Shown one piece after another: positions 19,341 through 32,464 of a stretch of 52,044 nt of DNA. The notes beneath the pieces are model-generated. The model searched no databases. It worked only from the letters and a program-made list of their open reading frames with translations, and was not told the origin of the DNA. Made by a program: the position numbers and the translations under genes. How positions within the stretch are numbered: position 1 is the first letter of the stretch; every line of letters starts with the position of its first letter. This DNA is from Rhizaria sp. SCN 62-66 (Eukaryota), in assembly GCA_001724265.1 (NCBI GenBank), contig MEDY01000307.1:1-52044 (forward strand), read 5' to 3'.

Positions 19341-20280
19341 CTGCACAAAAGGGGAGCGAAAGAAAACACGAGAAAACAATTATAAGCCACAGGCTGAAAT
19401 AACATTGAACGACAGGTCAATAAAAACGTTCACAACTAGACGAATTCAAAGTTCAAATGGATTCATCGCGTACGCCATGGGCGCATTTCCCTTGGCTCGA
19501 ACTGAGAGACCCATAGTGGACCGATTGTCGCTCAAATGAGGTAATCAAGCATACATACAGATACGCAACTACATACATCATTGTAATACCATTGTATAGC
19601 TTCTTGGAAGAAAGCGACACATAGATGAACCGAATCGACCAAAAACCTGCCAACGTTTCTGTTTTCGCCATAATATGCCCCACAATCTCGTTTGTAGAGA
19701 TGTCAATAACTAATGAATAGCTCCCAAACGTGGAAACAATAAATAAATCAATTACATATTCCAAATACGATCTATGGTCTCAAACTACGGACATTTGCAA
19801 TCGGTCCCAGAGTTGCGAGGCCTCACTACGCGACCGTGGCGTAAAAAAGATACCCTTAGAGCTCAACTCTTTTTTATCGGTCCAACTGCTGCCCGCATAT
19901 ATGGCGAGGACAACAACTATTTCAATTACTGTTTCTATTAAGCGTGTTGTTTGAAGAGATGAAACCGTGGAAATAAAGATTATAACAGAGAATAATGCAT
20001 TTATGTTGATTTTTAGATGACAGGTTTCTGTTTCACACACACAAAAAAACCGCATCCAACAATACCACCCGATTCCGAGCAGAAACAATCAATACGAGAG
20101 ACGTACAAAAGGAAAATGATAAAGTAACACAAAGGAAACAGACCGAAAGCTAACTACTACTGCAACTATAGCTCCAACGACTAGTATCACAACAAAATAC
20201 TACTGCAATTCAAACCAGAGACACACTTGAAATTGCGGTCAGCTGCAAGCATCGTCACTGTTGCTTAGGTCTCTGGACTT

Positions 20281-20320
20281 GACACGACATCTACTAAGAC
20301 GACACGACATCTACTAAGAC
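20281..20320. repeat. Perfect 20-nt direct tandem duplication
   Basis: gacacgacatctactaagac occurs twice in a row, 5 nt downstream of the MyTH4-FERM stop codon. Confidence 0.95.
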
Positions 20321-20325
20321 GGTCC

Positions 20326-23215
20326 TTAAACAATCTTGAGAACCGACGTCGGAGCAGCCTTAGCGCGCACCTTAAAGCGCACGTAGTCGTGAATAAGCCC
20401 AGCAATAACCTTGCCGTCATTCGATTTGAACACGAGCTTCCTCTGTTGCACAATGTTACCGACGACGACAATGACCTTCTCGTCACTATGTCCCCACGTC
20501 ACGATGTCGGGGTACTTGTAGTTCTCCAGCACGGTCCGCTTCTCCGGGTGCAGTAGCATGACGCTCTCGCATGTGACGCCCAACAGCAGTGGCGACGGGT
20601 ACTCCTTGAAGAGGCGCTGCTCCACGGTGAAGACCGTGGCGCCGTAGCACTGCATCTCCTGCGCGTGCTGCAGGTACAGCACGCGCGCGTCGCTCGGGCT
20701 GCGCGACGCAAGCTAATGAGGCAGCAACGCATGTGAAACAACGAAAATAGTGATGGGAATGAACCAAATAATTTAATGGACGAGTGTTTATCATTCATGA
20801 ACAGTTCGAATGCACAACAAATGAGATAGATCGTACCTGGTTATAGTGCTCCTGTACCATGCGCGACATGAGGGCGACGAGGTTGGGGTCAGCCTTGTTA
20901 CGGTCGTTGACGAAGTTGCTCGCGGGCATGAAATCGCCGATGCGGGTGTTAAAGTCCGACATCGTCCTCTCCATAGCGCGGAGCTGGAACGCAGCGAGAA
21001 CGGTGGCTTCCTTCTCCTTGATCGGGTATCGGTCAGTGATGACGTCGCTCACGGCCTAAGCAGTTGGAGTGTAGTGGTAACGAAAAAAGAAGAAATTTTA
21101 GAAGAGATGCGACTCAACAATCAAATGTCGAGTCATTGAACAGAGATACACATGTGCGAAGATCCAACCCGCAGATATATGTACATGTTCGCATGATTTA
21201 CGCGTTGAGAGGAAGGAACACGTACCTGCAGGAACTGGAGCTTGATTGCCTCTGCGTCCTGCGCGAGTTCAGGCACACTGAGCTTGAGCACGAGCTTGGC
21301 CTTGTAAAGGAAAGACGAGTAGAGCGACTTGTACACCGGCGCGCCCTTGGTGCCGGCCTTGTTGTCCTCCGCGTCCGGGGGCTCGTTCTCCCACGACGCG
21401 ACGATGTCGAGGATGCGCTCCTTGGCGTCGAGCAGCCGCTCCACGTTGGCGCTGCCGACCTCGTACAGCGCGAAGGGCTCCGTAAAGGTGAGGTTGAGCT
21501 TGGCGATGAGTTTCGTCTCGACCTCGCCGACAGTGGTGTACGAGTCGGCGTCGATGGCGTGCTTGCTGCCGTCGATGAGAGGGATAACCAGCGACACCGG
21601 CTTGATCGCCGCCAGCGCGTCGAGTTCCACCTTGGACGGGATCTGATGGCGCTGGCCGAGCGCGGCAATTTGGCTCAATTGGCTCTCGCACGACTTGGCG
21701 AGGGCGCGCACCTGCGCCGGCTGCGACGACTCCACCACAGACTTGATGTACCTGAGGCAGGAGACACAAATAAAAAAATAAAAAAATTATATGCCAGATT
21801 ACAATTAGGATCAGTTCAATTTCAAGACAGCAGTAAGTCAACAAACAGTACTACCAACATCGTGTTAATTACATTCAGTGAGCTTGATTGACGTACTTCT
21901 CGACGAAAGGCTTGATGGCCTTGGAGGGCGGGAAGGTGGCGAGGCAGTAGCGCATGAGCTCCCAGCCCTTGATGGTGGACTCAACCTTGGGGTTGTTCTT
22001 GGTCTGCTTGGAGATCTGGACGTAAATCTCGTCACGCAGACCGGAGGGCGCAATGAGCAGGTTCCGAAGCATCTTCTTGGCGTGGTCGATGGGACCCTTG
22101 GAGCTGGAGCGGTCGCCCATGTAGCTCATTACGTTCTTAAACGACTGGATGGCTTCTTCATCCAGATCGCGGTTCTGCTTCAACAGCGCCTTCTTGATGA
22201 GCGACTTCTTAAACGACAGCAGACTCTCCTCGTCCAACACCTTGCTCTTCTGGCGCAAGATACGGTTCACCAGACCCTTGCGGTGCGCCGCGAACTTGAG
22301 CGTCTGCCCTCCCTCGCCGTCCGACTCCGAGTCCGAGCCCTGCAGCAGCAGCCCCGTGCTGGTGCCCCCCGGGCCGTCATGCTCGCCGTCGTCGTCCGCG
22401 AAGGGGTTCTCTTCGGTCATGTCGAACATGCCGTTCGAGTTGATCCCCCGCGGGCTGCCGGCTGCGGGCGCGCGTACGCTCGCGCCGGGCGCCACTGCGG
22501 CCGCGGCGGCCGCCGCCATGGGCCCGCCACGGACCGAGACCGGGGCCGGGGCCGCCGCTGCCGTCGCGGGCGCGGGGCTGGGCAGCGCGGCGGCCGGGCG
22601 CGATGGCGTTGGCGGCGCGGCTGCGGCTGCGGTGGCGGCGGGCGCGGGGGCGTCGAGCTCGGCGGGGCGCTGCCACACGGTCTGCTTGGTGGCTTTGTTG
22701 TAGTAGTACGTCTTGCCGCTGTTGGGGTCGACGGCCGAGCGCCACACGCTCGACGGGGCAGCGGCAGCCGCAGCAGGAGCAGGAGCAGGAGCAGCAGCGA
22801 CGGGTGCAGGGGCAGGGGCGGCAGTAGGAGTCGGGAGTGCCATTGAGGGGCGCACAGGGGCCACCTGCGCAGCGACGGGCGTCGCGGTGGCGGGAGAGGC
22901 CTCGGGATCGGCCCCCATGCAAGGAGGGCGCTTCCAGGCGGTCTTCTTGGTCTTCTTGTTGTAGTAGTACGTGCGACCGGACGCCTGATCGACAACCTTG
23001 GCCCACAGAGCAGGGTTTTGCTCGGGGTCTTCCACGACCGCGGGCTCGGGCACGGCGGGCTGCGCGGGCAGCGCGGCGGCGGGCGCGGGCGCGGCGGCGG
23101 CGTCGGCGGGATCGACGTAGTCTGCTGGCTTGGTCCAGGACGTGGCCTTGGTGGCGCGGTCGTAGTAGTACGTCCGGCCGGACGACTTGTCTACGGTGGC
23201 AACCCACTGCGGCAT
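20326..23215 (-). CDS. 3xWW-MyTH4-FERM protein, about 816 aa, 4 exons
   Basis: Exons 23215-21897, 21751-21226, 21055-20837 and 20712-20326 join in frame through GT-AG introns of 145, 170 and 124 nt. Three WW motifs (W..D..SG(R/K)TYYY...T..T.W..P). MyTH4: AIQSFKNVMSYMGD...LRDEIYVQISKQT.NNP...KGWELM..CLATFPPS. FERM: FALYEV...FLYKAKL...LQFLQAVSDV...YL..AQEMQCYGATVF...LLLGVT...IVTWG. Confidence 0.92.
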
Positions 23216-25058
23216 GTGCAGACGGGGGCTATGTCAGAAGATGAAACAGGAAGCAATGTGGGTGCAAGGAATGAGCCGAGGTTGGAAACGTCAGATAGAG
23301 TCGGGAGCAAAGGATCGAATCGGTGTAGGACAAGGGATACGTCGTCGTTCCAAGCAAACGAAGCTGTCTTAGATTATAGAAAAACACATCAGACATCTGA
23401 CACATGCGTGATATGCGCCTCTGACGTTACGCGCATCGAGCTAGAGATGCCGTTTCATCCCGCGAGACAATCATGAAGGGGAGTCAGAGGGGATGCAGAA
23501 GATATATGGCAACGGTGGGGACAAGCATACTCTATGAACATGTGCGTAAAATACGTAATGAATTCGTAGTAGAACATCTAAATAGTACATCTTGAACTTT
23601 CACTTAGCGCGTAAATCCGACACAAGCCCACTATTTCGCTGGCTGCATGCCTGCCTACTGCCTCCCTCCCCCACCCAACCGCCACCAACCTGCGCCCACA
23701 GTCGGTTGGCAGCATGCTCCGAGATCGGATCATCGGTTATCTTCGAAGAACTATATCGGGTCATAATCATCGTCAAAAGGACGTTTGTTTTGTCACCTGA
23801 AGCTATCATATTATTTTGAATGGTATCATTCATTTGTATTGGTATTGCTTCTTATTATACCACCATATGATGAGGTTCGACGCTGGCTTGAGCGTGGCTC
23901 TTCTGGAGCTGATAGCCAATCTTGATTCCATCCTAGAGCCCTTGGAATAGGTTTTTAGTGAGAGAATATGACCATGGGCACGACCAAACTGTTTATGGTT
24001 GCTTAAGATCACGTTTGTACCATCGTTGCGCCGGACTACCCTTTGTGTCTCCTCTGAATGATGGCTGCGCTCATGCTCTGCGCTTCTTTTCCAAAGCACT
24101 TGAGGAAGGCAAGCGATCGCGAACCACGTGTCTTTAGTCGTTGCCCATTCACTATTACCGGTATTACTTCCTGAAGTCCGATTTGTATGCTCTCATACGT
24201 CATGAAGTCCACGTTTCTGAAGCCGAACGTGACCATGGTGACTCTTTGCCCCAAATGCAATCAGGATTGTTAAGGCCCCTGAGTTGTGCACATGTAACCA
24301 CTATATACGAGTATTCATTTTTGTGCAACACACATAACTGATTTTTTTTAATGACACGTTCAATTAAACGATTGAGGCCATGGTCTCATTGCAAAATTCA
24401 TCTGATGAGTTCAGCTGTTGATGAGGTCAGCACTCTTTTGGCTGCCTAAGAGCACGATAGACTCGCAGTTAAAATCCAACCAGACCGATATATATGGGAA
24501 TACATTGTTTTCCCTCCTAAAGCTGTTGCTCTACAACACTCGCTATGATTTTCGTTATGATGTCTCTTTTCGACCGTCACTGCCTCATGACATCGTTCAT
24601 ACATTCGTTGTTATGTCAAATGTCTCCTTAATTAAAACAGCCCACATAAAGTAAAGGGCGTGGAATCATACATCCATACTAGATGTATCGTACATCGCAG
24701 AATCATATCAATCAGTGGCTTTATGTCTTTATTTTGAAGATGTCGAATGCACAAGTTCCAACACTAACCGTGGCCCGTGGCAAAGTTCGATGCTCTTGCG
24801 ATCAGCGAACAGCGGGAGAACAGTTTTCACTGATGTCGGTATATAGTCTCGTTTTCACTGGTTTTAGACACGTCTTTAGCGAGAATTCGGCAGTATTCAT
24901 TTCATTACAAATAATCCCTTTTACATTCACTTCTGTATGCCCTTCTTTTTATGCCCTTTAATTTCGGTCTGGTAGCTCGTTTCGGGCTTTTCCCTGACCT
25001 CCTTTGCAGCGTCCATACCGACATTCACTGCCACTGATCAGAAGTGCTAAGCTTAGAT

Positions 25059-28000
25059 ATGGATACAAGATCTGACCGGCAGCTTATCAGCGCTGATGAC
25101 GGGCCTCCCCCGTCCGATTCATCGACTCAAATATCTTCCCCTCTCAACGCTGCATCTGCTGCTACCCCTCCGCTCTGCTCGACTTGCACTTTCAACCGGC
25201 CTGGCGTGCCTATCACTTCCTTAGATGAGCATAATAGCCCGTCCATGACAGTGAGATCTTTCTGTGTACTTTGTGGGCGGTTGACTATGTCTCCACTCAT
25301 TGAAGACCCCGCATCAGGTATGTCCACCTCACAATTGTCCTCCTTTCGCAACGAAGTTAACGATGAAGACACAGGCATTGGCGGCAATGAAATCGACACA
25401 TCGAGTAGTGCTGACAGCGACAACAACAGCACTGAGGCCACATCATTGGGGTTTGGAGCTCCGCAGTCTCTTTCGCCACTGGTTAAGCGCTCTCGCCCTG
25501 CTGACACTCCCAGTGCAGGGTCAGCGACCTTTTCTCAGAACCCGCTTTCAATGCCTCCGTTACGTCTCCATGACTGCATCGATGACGATAGCACCCGTAA
25601 CAGCTTTGCAACGCCTGCGCATGCATGTGCCACATCCTCCGTTTTTATCCCGACGTCGGTATCAGCCCCGGCCTTTGCGCCAGTCTCTGTCTCAGCCTCA
25701 GCGCCTGCCCGCCCATTAAGCGCTGTCACAGCCGTGCCTGGCACCGCCATTGGTTCTGGCCATGGGTCAGTCTCTGGCGGAAGCCACAATGACGCTGCTG
25801 CTACTGCTAGTGTGGCTGGACTATTTTATAGTAGTTTTACACCGCGTGGTTCGCGGTCAAGCCAGATCACTCCGACCCCCTCGCAGGCTATTGACCCCGC
25901 TGGAACGTACAGTCAAGGAACGTACCTCCGGGTCCTCTTTGCGCCGGCGTCGGAGCCAGCGCCGGAGCAGCGACAGAGCATGGGCACGGTCACCGACACC
26001 GACATGGGCATGAACGCGACTGCGATCACCTGCACGAACATGAGCATTGTTGCTGATGTTGATGCTGGTCAGGCCTCTTCTGATGTTAACGCGGATGGCC
26101 GCGCGGCCGTTGCAACGACACCCGAGTCAGTGAAGAGATTCGCCCCCCACCCGCCTGCTTTACCGCGCAGTGCAGAGACAGCGCCCGCTGCCGGGAGCAT
26201 ACAACCACTCGCTGTGGCGCGCCAACTTGCGCGCTCGCCAGGTACGCAGATCTAGTCCTGGATGTTGATTTGTTATTGTCTGTCACTGTGTCTATTCATT
26301 TCAATTTTAATCTCCGATCTTACGCATGCCTTTTTGTTCCTTTTTACCTTTATTGCGAGTGTAGGAGGTCTCCACATGCTCGGCTCGATCAGGCTCAGCA
26401 GTCTCAACCCAGCACTGCCTGTGCCTGCAAGTCTCGAAGCGCTCTGCAACCGCAACCATGACTCTGGCCACACCTGCGTCCCTAATCCTGATTCCGGCAA
26501 CACCACCTGTCCGGCGTCTGCCTCCGTATCCGGCAGTAGCACGCCTCTCTCCGTCTCTGTTGGCTGCCGGGACTTCACTTCGCGTGGAGCTCAACTCAAC
26601 GCTAGCTCTGCGCATGCGCTTGCACCAATGTCTGTGTCGGTGTCTATGTCGGAGTCGTGGTTTGGCGATGTCTGCGGCAATACTGCGATGATCCCTTTTG
26701 CGAACACTCGCGCTTCTGCAACCGATGCGAAGACTGCGTCCCGTCCCAGTGGTGACTCAGGCAAGGCTGCGACGGATGATGCGAACCTTGTCGCGCCACT
26801 GCCTGTATCCATGGTTGGTTTGCAGCAACTGCCGATAGATTCCGTCGGATCCCGGTCACAGCCACACGCGCAGTCTCAGTCGCCATCAACGTTTGAGCTT
26901 CACTCCCAGCCGCATTCACAACCGCCGTTGCAGCCGCAGGTGCGTTTACCGTGTAGACCCGCCCAGAGCCCGAGCCAGAGCCCCCCGCGGCAGGCCCGCG
27001 GTCAAAACCAACATCAGAGCGCCAGTCACCGCCGCAGTCAAAGCGAGAGTCAGAATCTCAGCTGCGATGTGGGCGACACTGCTGTGCTGCTGACTCCGCT
27101 CCACTGCGCAGGCGCTGCCGAGCTCGCTGTTGTCATTGAAAGTCCCACGGCGTCCTCTGATGGCGCGGCGTTCTCGTTCCGTGATAATGTAGGCAACATC
27201 AACAACGCAAATCATATCACGAGCGGTGTCTTGTTGTCTCAGTCTAATTGCCCTATTTTCATTGAGGATACTGACGTTGGTTTCGCCAATGACGCTGTCG
27301 ATGTAAGCGATAGCGGCACTGCAAGTCATCAGAGTGACGCAGCCTTCCCGTGTGACGCGACGCAGCGACCTGAGAGTGCGATGCCATTGCTGTTCGGCGC
27401 ATTCCCATCACGGATGCGTCTTGCAGCGGCATTCAGTTTTGCTCATGACAGTAGTCTCACGACCAATTATAATAACATTGATGGTGTTGATGTTCCCATC
27501 ACATCCACTGCTACCCATAATGTTGTCTCCGACTTTGGCTACCCTGCGGCTGGCCAAGCTCTGCACGACAACAACGACGACAAGAACACCACTACCATCA
27601 GCAACAACAAGAACAACAACAACAACAACAGGGCTCCGGGCTCCAGTCCTACTGCAAGGCGCCGCCTCAAGCGTGCTCTAGCTAACGAAACATGCATTTC
27701 GGACGACGCAAACATTTTTGCGCATAGCCACCTGAGCGACGGTGACATTATCGCAGCGCAATCGGTGATGGATGTTGATCTACCATCGCTGCCTCTGCCC
27801 CAGCTTGCCAATGTTAGCTTGCAGTCACAACTGATGTTGCATAACGTAGTGACAAACAACGTTCGCAGCAACTTCACGCTCAGCCTCAGCAGTGGAGCGA
27901 GTGCATATGGAGCTGTGCCTCAACGTATGGCAACGTTTACAACGTTTTCGTCGTTACCACATGCAAGCCTGGACTCCAACGCTGTCGAGGACGTCGTCAC

Positions 28001-30020
28001 AAACACCATTTCACCTGGCACTTTTGCCGATGCGATGCAGAGTAATGCTGTTCGTTTCACTGCTTTTGACTTTCGTTCGCAGCTGGGTCCGTGCTCGTTT
28101 GCCCCAACGAGTTTGCAGCCACGACTGCAACAGCAACAGCATCCGCGCCAGCTACGACAACAATACGAAGCCTTTGCTCCCGAGAGCGAACTTGCTGTTG
28201 AGTATGGTGAATACTTCCACTCTCCTCCCCCGCAAACATTGCCAACGCCACTGCCACCACGTCCAGCCCTGCCACCACAGCAGGTACTTATTTCGTCTCT
28301 CCATGCAAAGCACCAAGAAAGCACTTCCACACTTAAGCCTGAAGACGAAGATGAGTCCCCACTGTCACACGAGAATGAGTCGGGAACAGCGGCGGACTCA
28401 CTTAATGCCGCTCGTCATGCTGATGTCGGACTGGACGTACAAGCTGCCGCTGTTGATGCGTACAACCGAGCTACGCTAGAGCAAAGGCTGCGAGCGCTGC
28501 GGATTGCAGCTGCGACATCTCAAAACGTGCCGGCGCACAACTGTACAGTGCACCACTCATCACGACTTGCGTACAATTGCGACTCCATCCAAAGTTTTAC
28601 CCAGCACCAGCAGTCCGCACAACAACTGCGCCATCAACCACAAAAACAACAGCAACAACTGCCTTTGCAGCAACAATTACTGCAACACCAACAGCTGCCC
28701 CAGTTACATTATCGCCAATCATCTCGCTGCCACAGCCGCGCGCAATCTCACTCAAGTTTTAGCTTTGCACTGCGTTGCGACAGCGAGGATGATAAAGTTG
28801 CGTCCACCAGTAGCACCATTTCTGTGCGTGTATCTCAACAGCAGCAGCAACCGCAGCAACAAGAACTACATCTTCAGCTGTCGCAAACTGAACCCCGAGA
28901 GGCGACGCAGTATCGAGGCTCTGAGCCTGATTCCCGGCCTCAAATGCATCATGTTCAAAGCGTGACTAACAGTCGCGTTTTTGCGCCCCGTCATGGACAC
29001 AGCTACGGCCACAGTCTTAATCTGCTTGAGAACAACAGAGAAATTGTCAGTCCAACTCTGCGTACAGGTGAGACATCAAGACACGAACACAATCACCGCG
29101 ACCAGCGGCACTTACATGCTCCGGCTCAGGCTCTCGACCAACGCCGTGGTTCTCTCAACCTGAGTGACCTCGGGGTGGACGAGAGCCACAACAATAGTCG
29201 GTGTGACAGCACTGCCTACAGCAGTGCTGTACAAACGCCGACAGCGATTGGAACCCCAGTGCCTCATCTCATGCCGTCTGGCCTGACGCTCTCTGCCTCA
29301 AACGACCACAGTTGGCTTGCCAACGGGAACAATGCACTTGCATTTCTACCTGTCTCTGGCAGTCATCTAACCACAGCTGGCTCTGTTATGACTCCTGGCT
29401 TTGGCAGAGGAGCTGTCTCTATTGCTGCACCACCTCATGCACTTATTGGTGTTGTTGGTTGCAATGGTTACGTGCCATCCAATTTTACCACTGTTTCATC
29501 TTTGATTCCTCTTGCACCTGCCGCTCCGACCTTAAATCATGGATTTTCCCCGGCAATTTCATTCGCTGGTGCTCACACTGGTGGTGACAACGTCGTTGTT
29601 ATCCGCACTGTGCCGAGGGACTTTGTTGATAGCAATGTTGCTTTCAGCACTCGTGCACAAACAGTAACAACGCTTGCGGAAAGCGTTAATACTGCACATA
29701 GTCATGCACAGAGTCATAACAACAGTGTTTCCCCGCATATGCACCAGCATCAATGTCCACAGCAGCAGCAGCTGCGGCTTCAACACCGTCCTTGGCCACA
29801 AACACAACAACACCAGGGTTCGCTGCAACTCCCGCAAACATCGGCGGTTGATGTCACCACCAACATCAGCACTCATGGCATTAGTCTCGGTCTCGGTGCC
29901 AGCTCAAAGTTTGACCAAACCTTCGTTGGCCCGCATTCAAGTGAACATATCTGCAACATAAATGGCGGCAGTAGTGACTCTAAGTGCAGTACTATCAAGA
30001 ACCAACATCAAAAGCAATAA
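25059..30020 (+). CDS. About 1612-aa low-complexity S/Q/N/P-rich protein with N-terminal Cys4 (RanBP2-like) zinc finger; 2 exons
   Basis: Exons 25059-26241 and 26365-30020 are joined by a 123-nt intron (gtacgc...gtgtag, T-rich), merging ORFs 25044..26255 and 26262..30020. Motif CSTCTFN...CVLCG at about 25175-25277. TAA stop. No other recognisable domain. Confidence 0.7.
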
Positions 30021-32464
30021 TGTTTATGTGTATTATAGTTGTACACATCAATGACCGATTTTGCATTTGAAAGTGTGCTTTTATTTGTATTTTTGCAATT
30101 TTGACCGTCTTTTGTATGTATTATAAGTCTCAATATCGTCTCATTTTGTCGTTGATTATTAGTCTGTTGTCTCAGGTCATCGTCCGCTTATTTCTCTCTA
30201 ACATATTCTAATATGAGTTTGATTGCCTGTGTCTTAGCGTGAATCGTTGTTTTATTGACACGATCATAACAATTTGTTTTACTTGTTTGTGTAAAGCGAT
30301 AGTGCTTGACTAGTGATTAACTCGTTACGCACCTGTCCTGTTTCCATGAGATTTTGTTGGTCTCTTTTATTGTGAAGACGTTCGACTGATTGATTCAGTT
30401 TTTTTTAATAACGCAGGACTGTATGCTGATGTGTCTTTGTCTGTGACTTGTGTTCATGTCGAATACGGGAAAATCAGTGAGTCTGCCGTAATACGTTTAT
30501 CGCATTTGTTCCTCGACTCAGCTGGCATTGCATGTTGTGTGTATGTTTCTCTTTGTAGCGATGCGTTATGCTCTAATTTTTGTGTTTGTTTTATATTCTT
30601 TTCTGTATGGGTGCTACTAGTTTTAAAATTCATTTTAATAGCTGCTGATGATGTTTTTGTCGGTTCAACTAAATTGTAAGTTTCAATTACTAACGCACAC
30701 GACAGTACATATGATTGATGTTATAATATGCGTTTTATGCGTTCATGTTCAGTTCAAGAATGTGGCATTCGATATGTATTCAGCAAAATTTTCTCTTCCG
30801 ACTCGTGTAGATTATTTCTACATTTCATGTTCATATGCGTTCCGCCGATGGTTTCAATAGTATCGCGTGAAGGCGTCGCTATTTGGGCCATTGTTTTGTT
30901 TGTTTAACTTATTTGACATTGCTTATTGCTGTCTAGTTAAGCACCACTATATATCTTATTAATTTTCTGTTATTTCGGAGTGTTATTCCAAATGTATCCC
31001 CATTGGTCTATGCTTTTCGTTCGTTCGCTAATGATGTAGCTTTCACGCCTCATGCAGTTGCTTTTGAGACAACACATGGGCGCTCTTATAACTGTGTACT
31101 TCTTCTTCGTTTGTGCGTGTTTATTGTGACACGGACATGCCGATGCTTTGGCCTAGCCCATGCATCATATTCTATTCTGTGCACTATGCCTGGTTTGAGC
31201 TCTATCACTGTTTGTGTTTTGATCCCGTGTCTCCCGTAGTCTGTCTTGTCACTACATCTCCTTGTGCAACACTGTACATTTGTATGCCGTGAAGAGAGCT
31301 TGAAATCAGTGAGATTGGCACCTCGATGGCTCTCTGTCTTACTCATATGTCAATACACCAAGTGTGGTTGCTACAATCAATGAAGTGCCATGGGCCAATG
31401 CACACGAAGATTGTTGAAAGTATAGTATTATCAAATAGTTCGCAGTCATCACAATCACTAAAGCGAATCTATTTGGAGATTCTTCTCAGATTACAATTCG
31501 GAGTTTGTTTGGTCTTCCGAAATCGATGTGTGGTGGACATGAGACTGTTGTTCAGACCATCAAGCGCGACGCTCTTGCCAGCAGTCAGCACCCGTGTACA
31601 ACATACAAAATGCCAGCAGCTGGAACCCAGTTAGCTGCTAAGTCTCTGCGTTGTCAGCAGCATACCACAACCGATGGTCAGCATGGGTGCTATCTAATGC
31701 GGAGCAATAAGAACTCCCGTCATACTATGGACGAGTTTTTTGCAGCGGTTAGGTTCTTGGAGTTCCTCTTCTTATGGGCTATACTTACCGAATACGATAA
31801 ACGGTATCAAATTACAACTTCGAAGAGGGGGTGAGAATGATAGAAGTCGGGACTAAATGAGAACTTGTTTCGCTGAATAGGATGACGTTACTCGCTGCTT
31901 GGATGGTGATTATCCACGTTTGATTGCAATGAAGAAAAACTAAGAGACGAATCATGTATTTGCGCAAGATGGAGACATGACGTCAAATTAGAGCTACACT
32001 GCACGCGTGCCCTGCCCACGCGATCACATCACATGTAACAAACAACGCATGCACGCATAACAGACAAAATATGAATTACACTGGATGCGACGACAATGAG
32101 AGTTGGAGCGTAATACAACTCTGAATGCGAAATGAATTCACAAATTATATAAACAACAGAGAGAGAAAAGCAATGCAAAAATAAAAAGGAACACGAAAAC
32201 AACGGAAAAACGTACATGTACATCCTACACAAGAGATTAGTCTAACAACACTGCTGCTGCTGCTGGGTGCTGGTGCTGGTGCTGGGACGCTCAAGAGACA
32301 AACATACTCAGAGGAATGAAGCAATAATTTAATCGTAAAATACAAGATCATATTCCTTGACTCAGTCACAGCAGTTACAGCCACGAATAAAACACTAGTC
32401 AATAACCACCAACAATCACATCACGGTCACAGTGTCCTGCGGCATCACACGCGGTGTGACAACC

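Noticed and set aside
19341-19379. ORF-track N-terminal extensions (19379, 36332, 25044, 51143 starts)
   Set aside because: The 19379, 36332 and 51143 extensions translate pyrimidine tracts or intron sequence upstream of an acceptor AG; 25044 is a GTG five codons before the ATG. The downstream ATG or spliced models fit better.
20281-20320. 20-nt direct repeat as possible CRISPR or target-site duplication
   Set aside because: Only two adjacent copies with no spacer or intervening element, in a eukaryotic 3'UTR; simple slippage duplication.
26253-26255. Second in-frame TAG between same-frame ORFs 25044..26255 and 26262..30020
   Set aside because: It lies inside a clear 123-nt gtacgc...tag intron with a T-rich body, so it is not evidence for recoding.
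31781-31789. ATACTTACC, identical to the U1 snRNA 5' end
   Set aside because: It is not followed by recognisable U1 stem-loops or a suitably placed Sm site; a 9-mer match is expected by chance.
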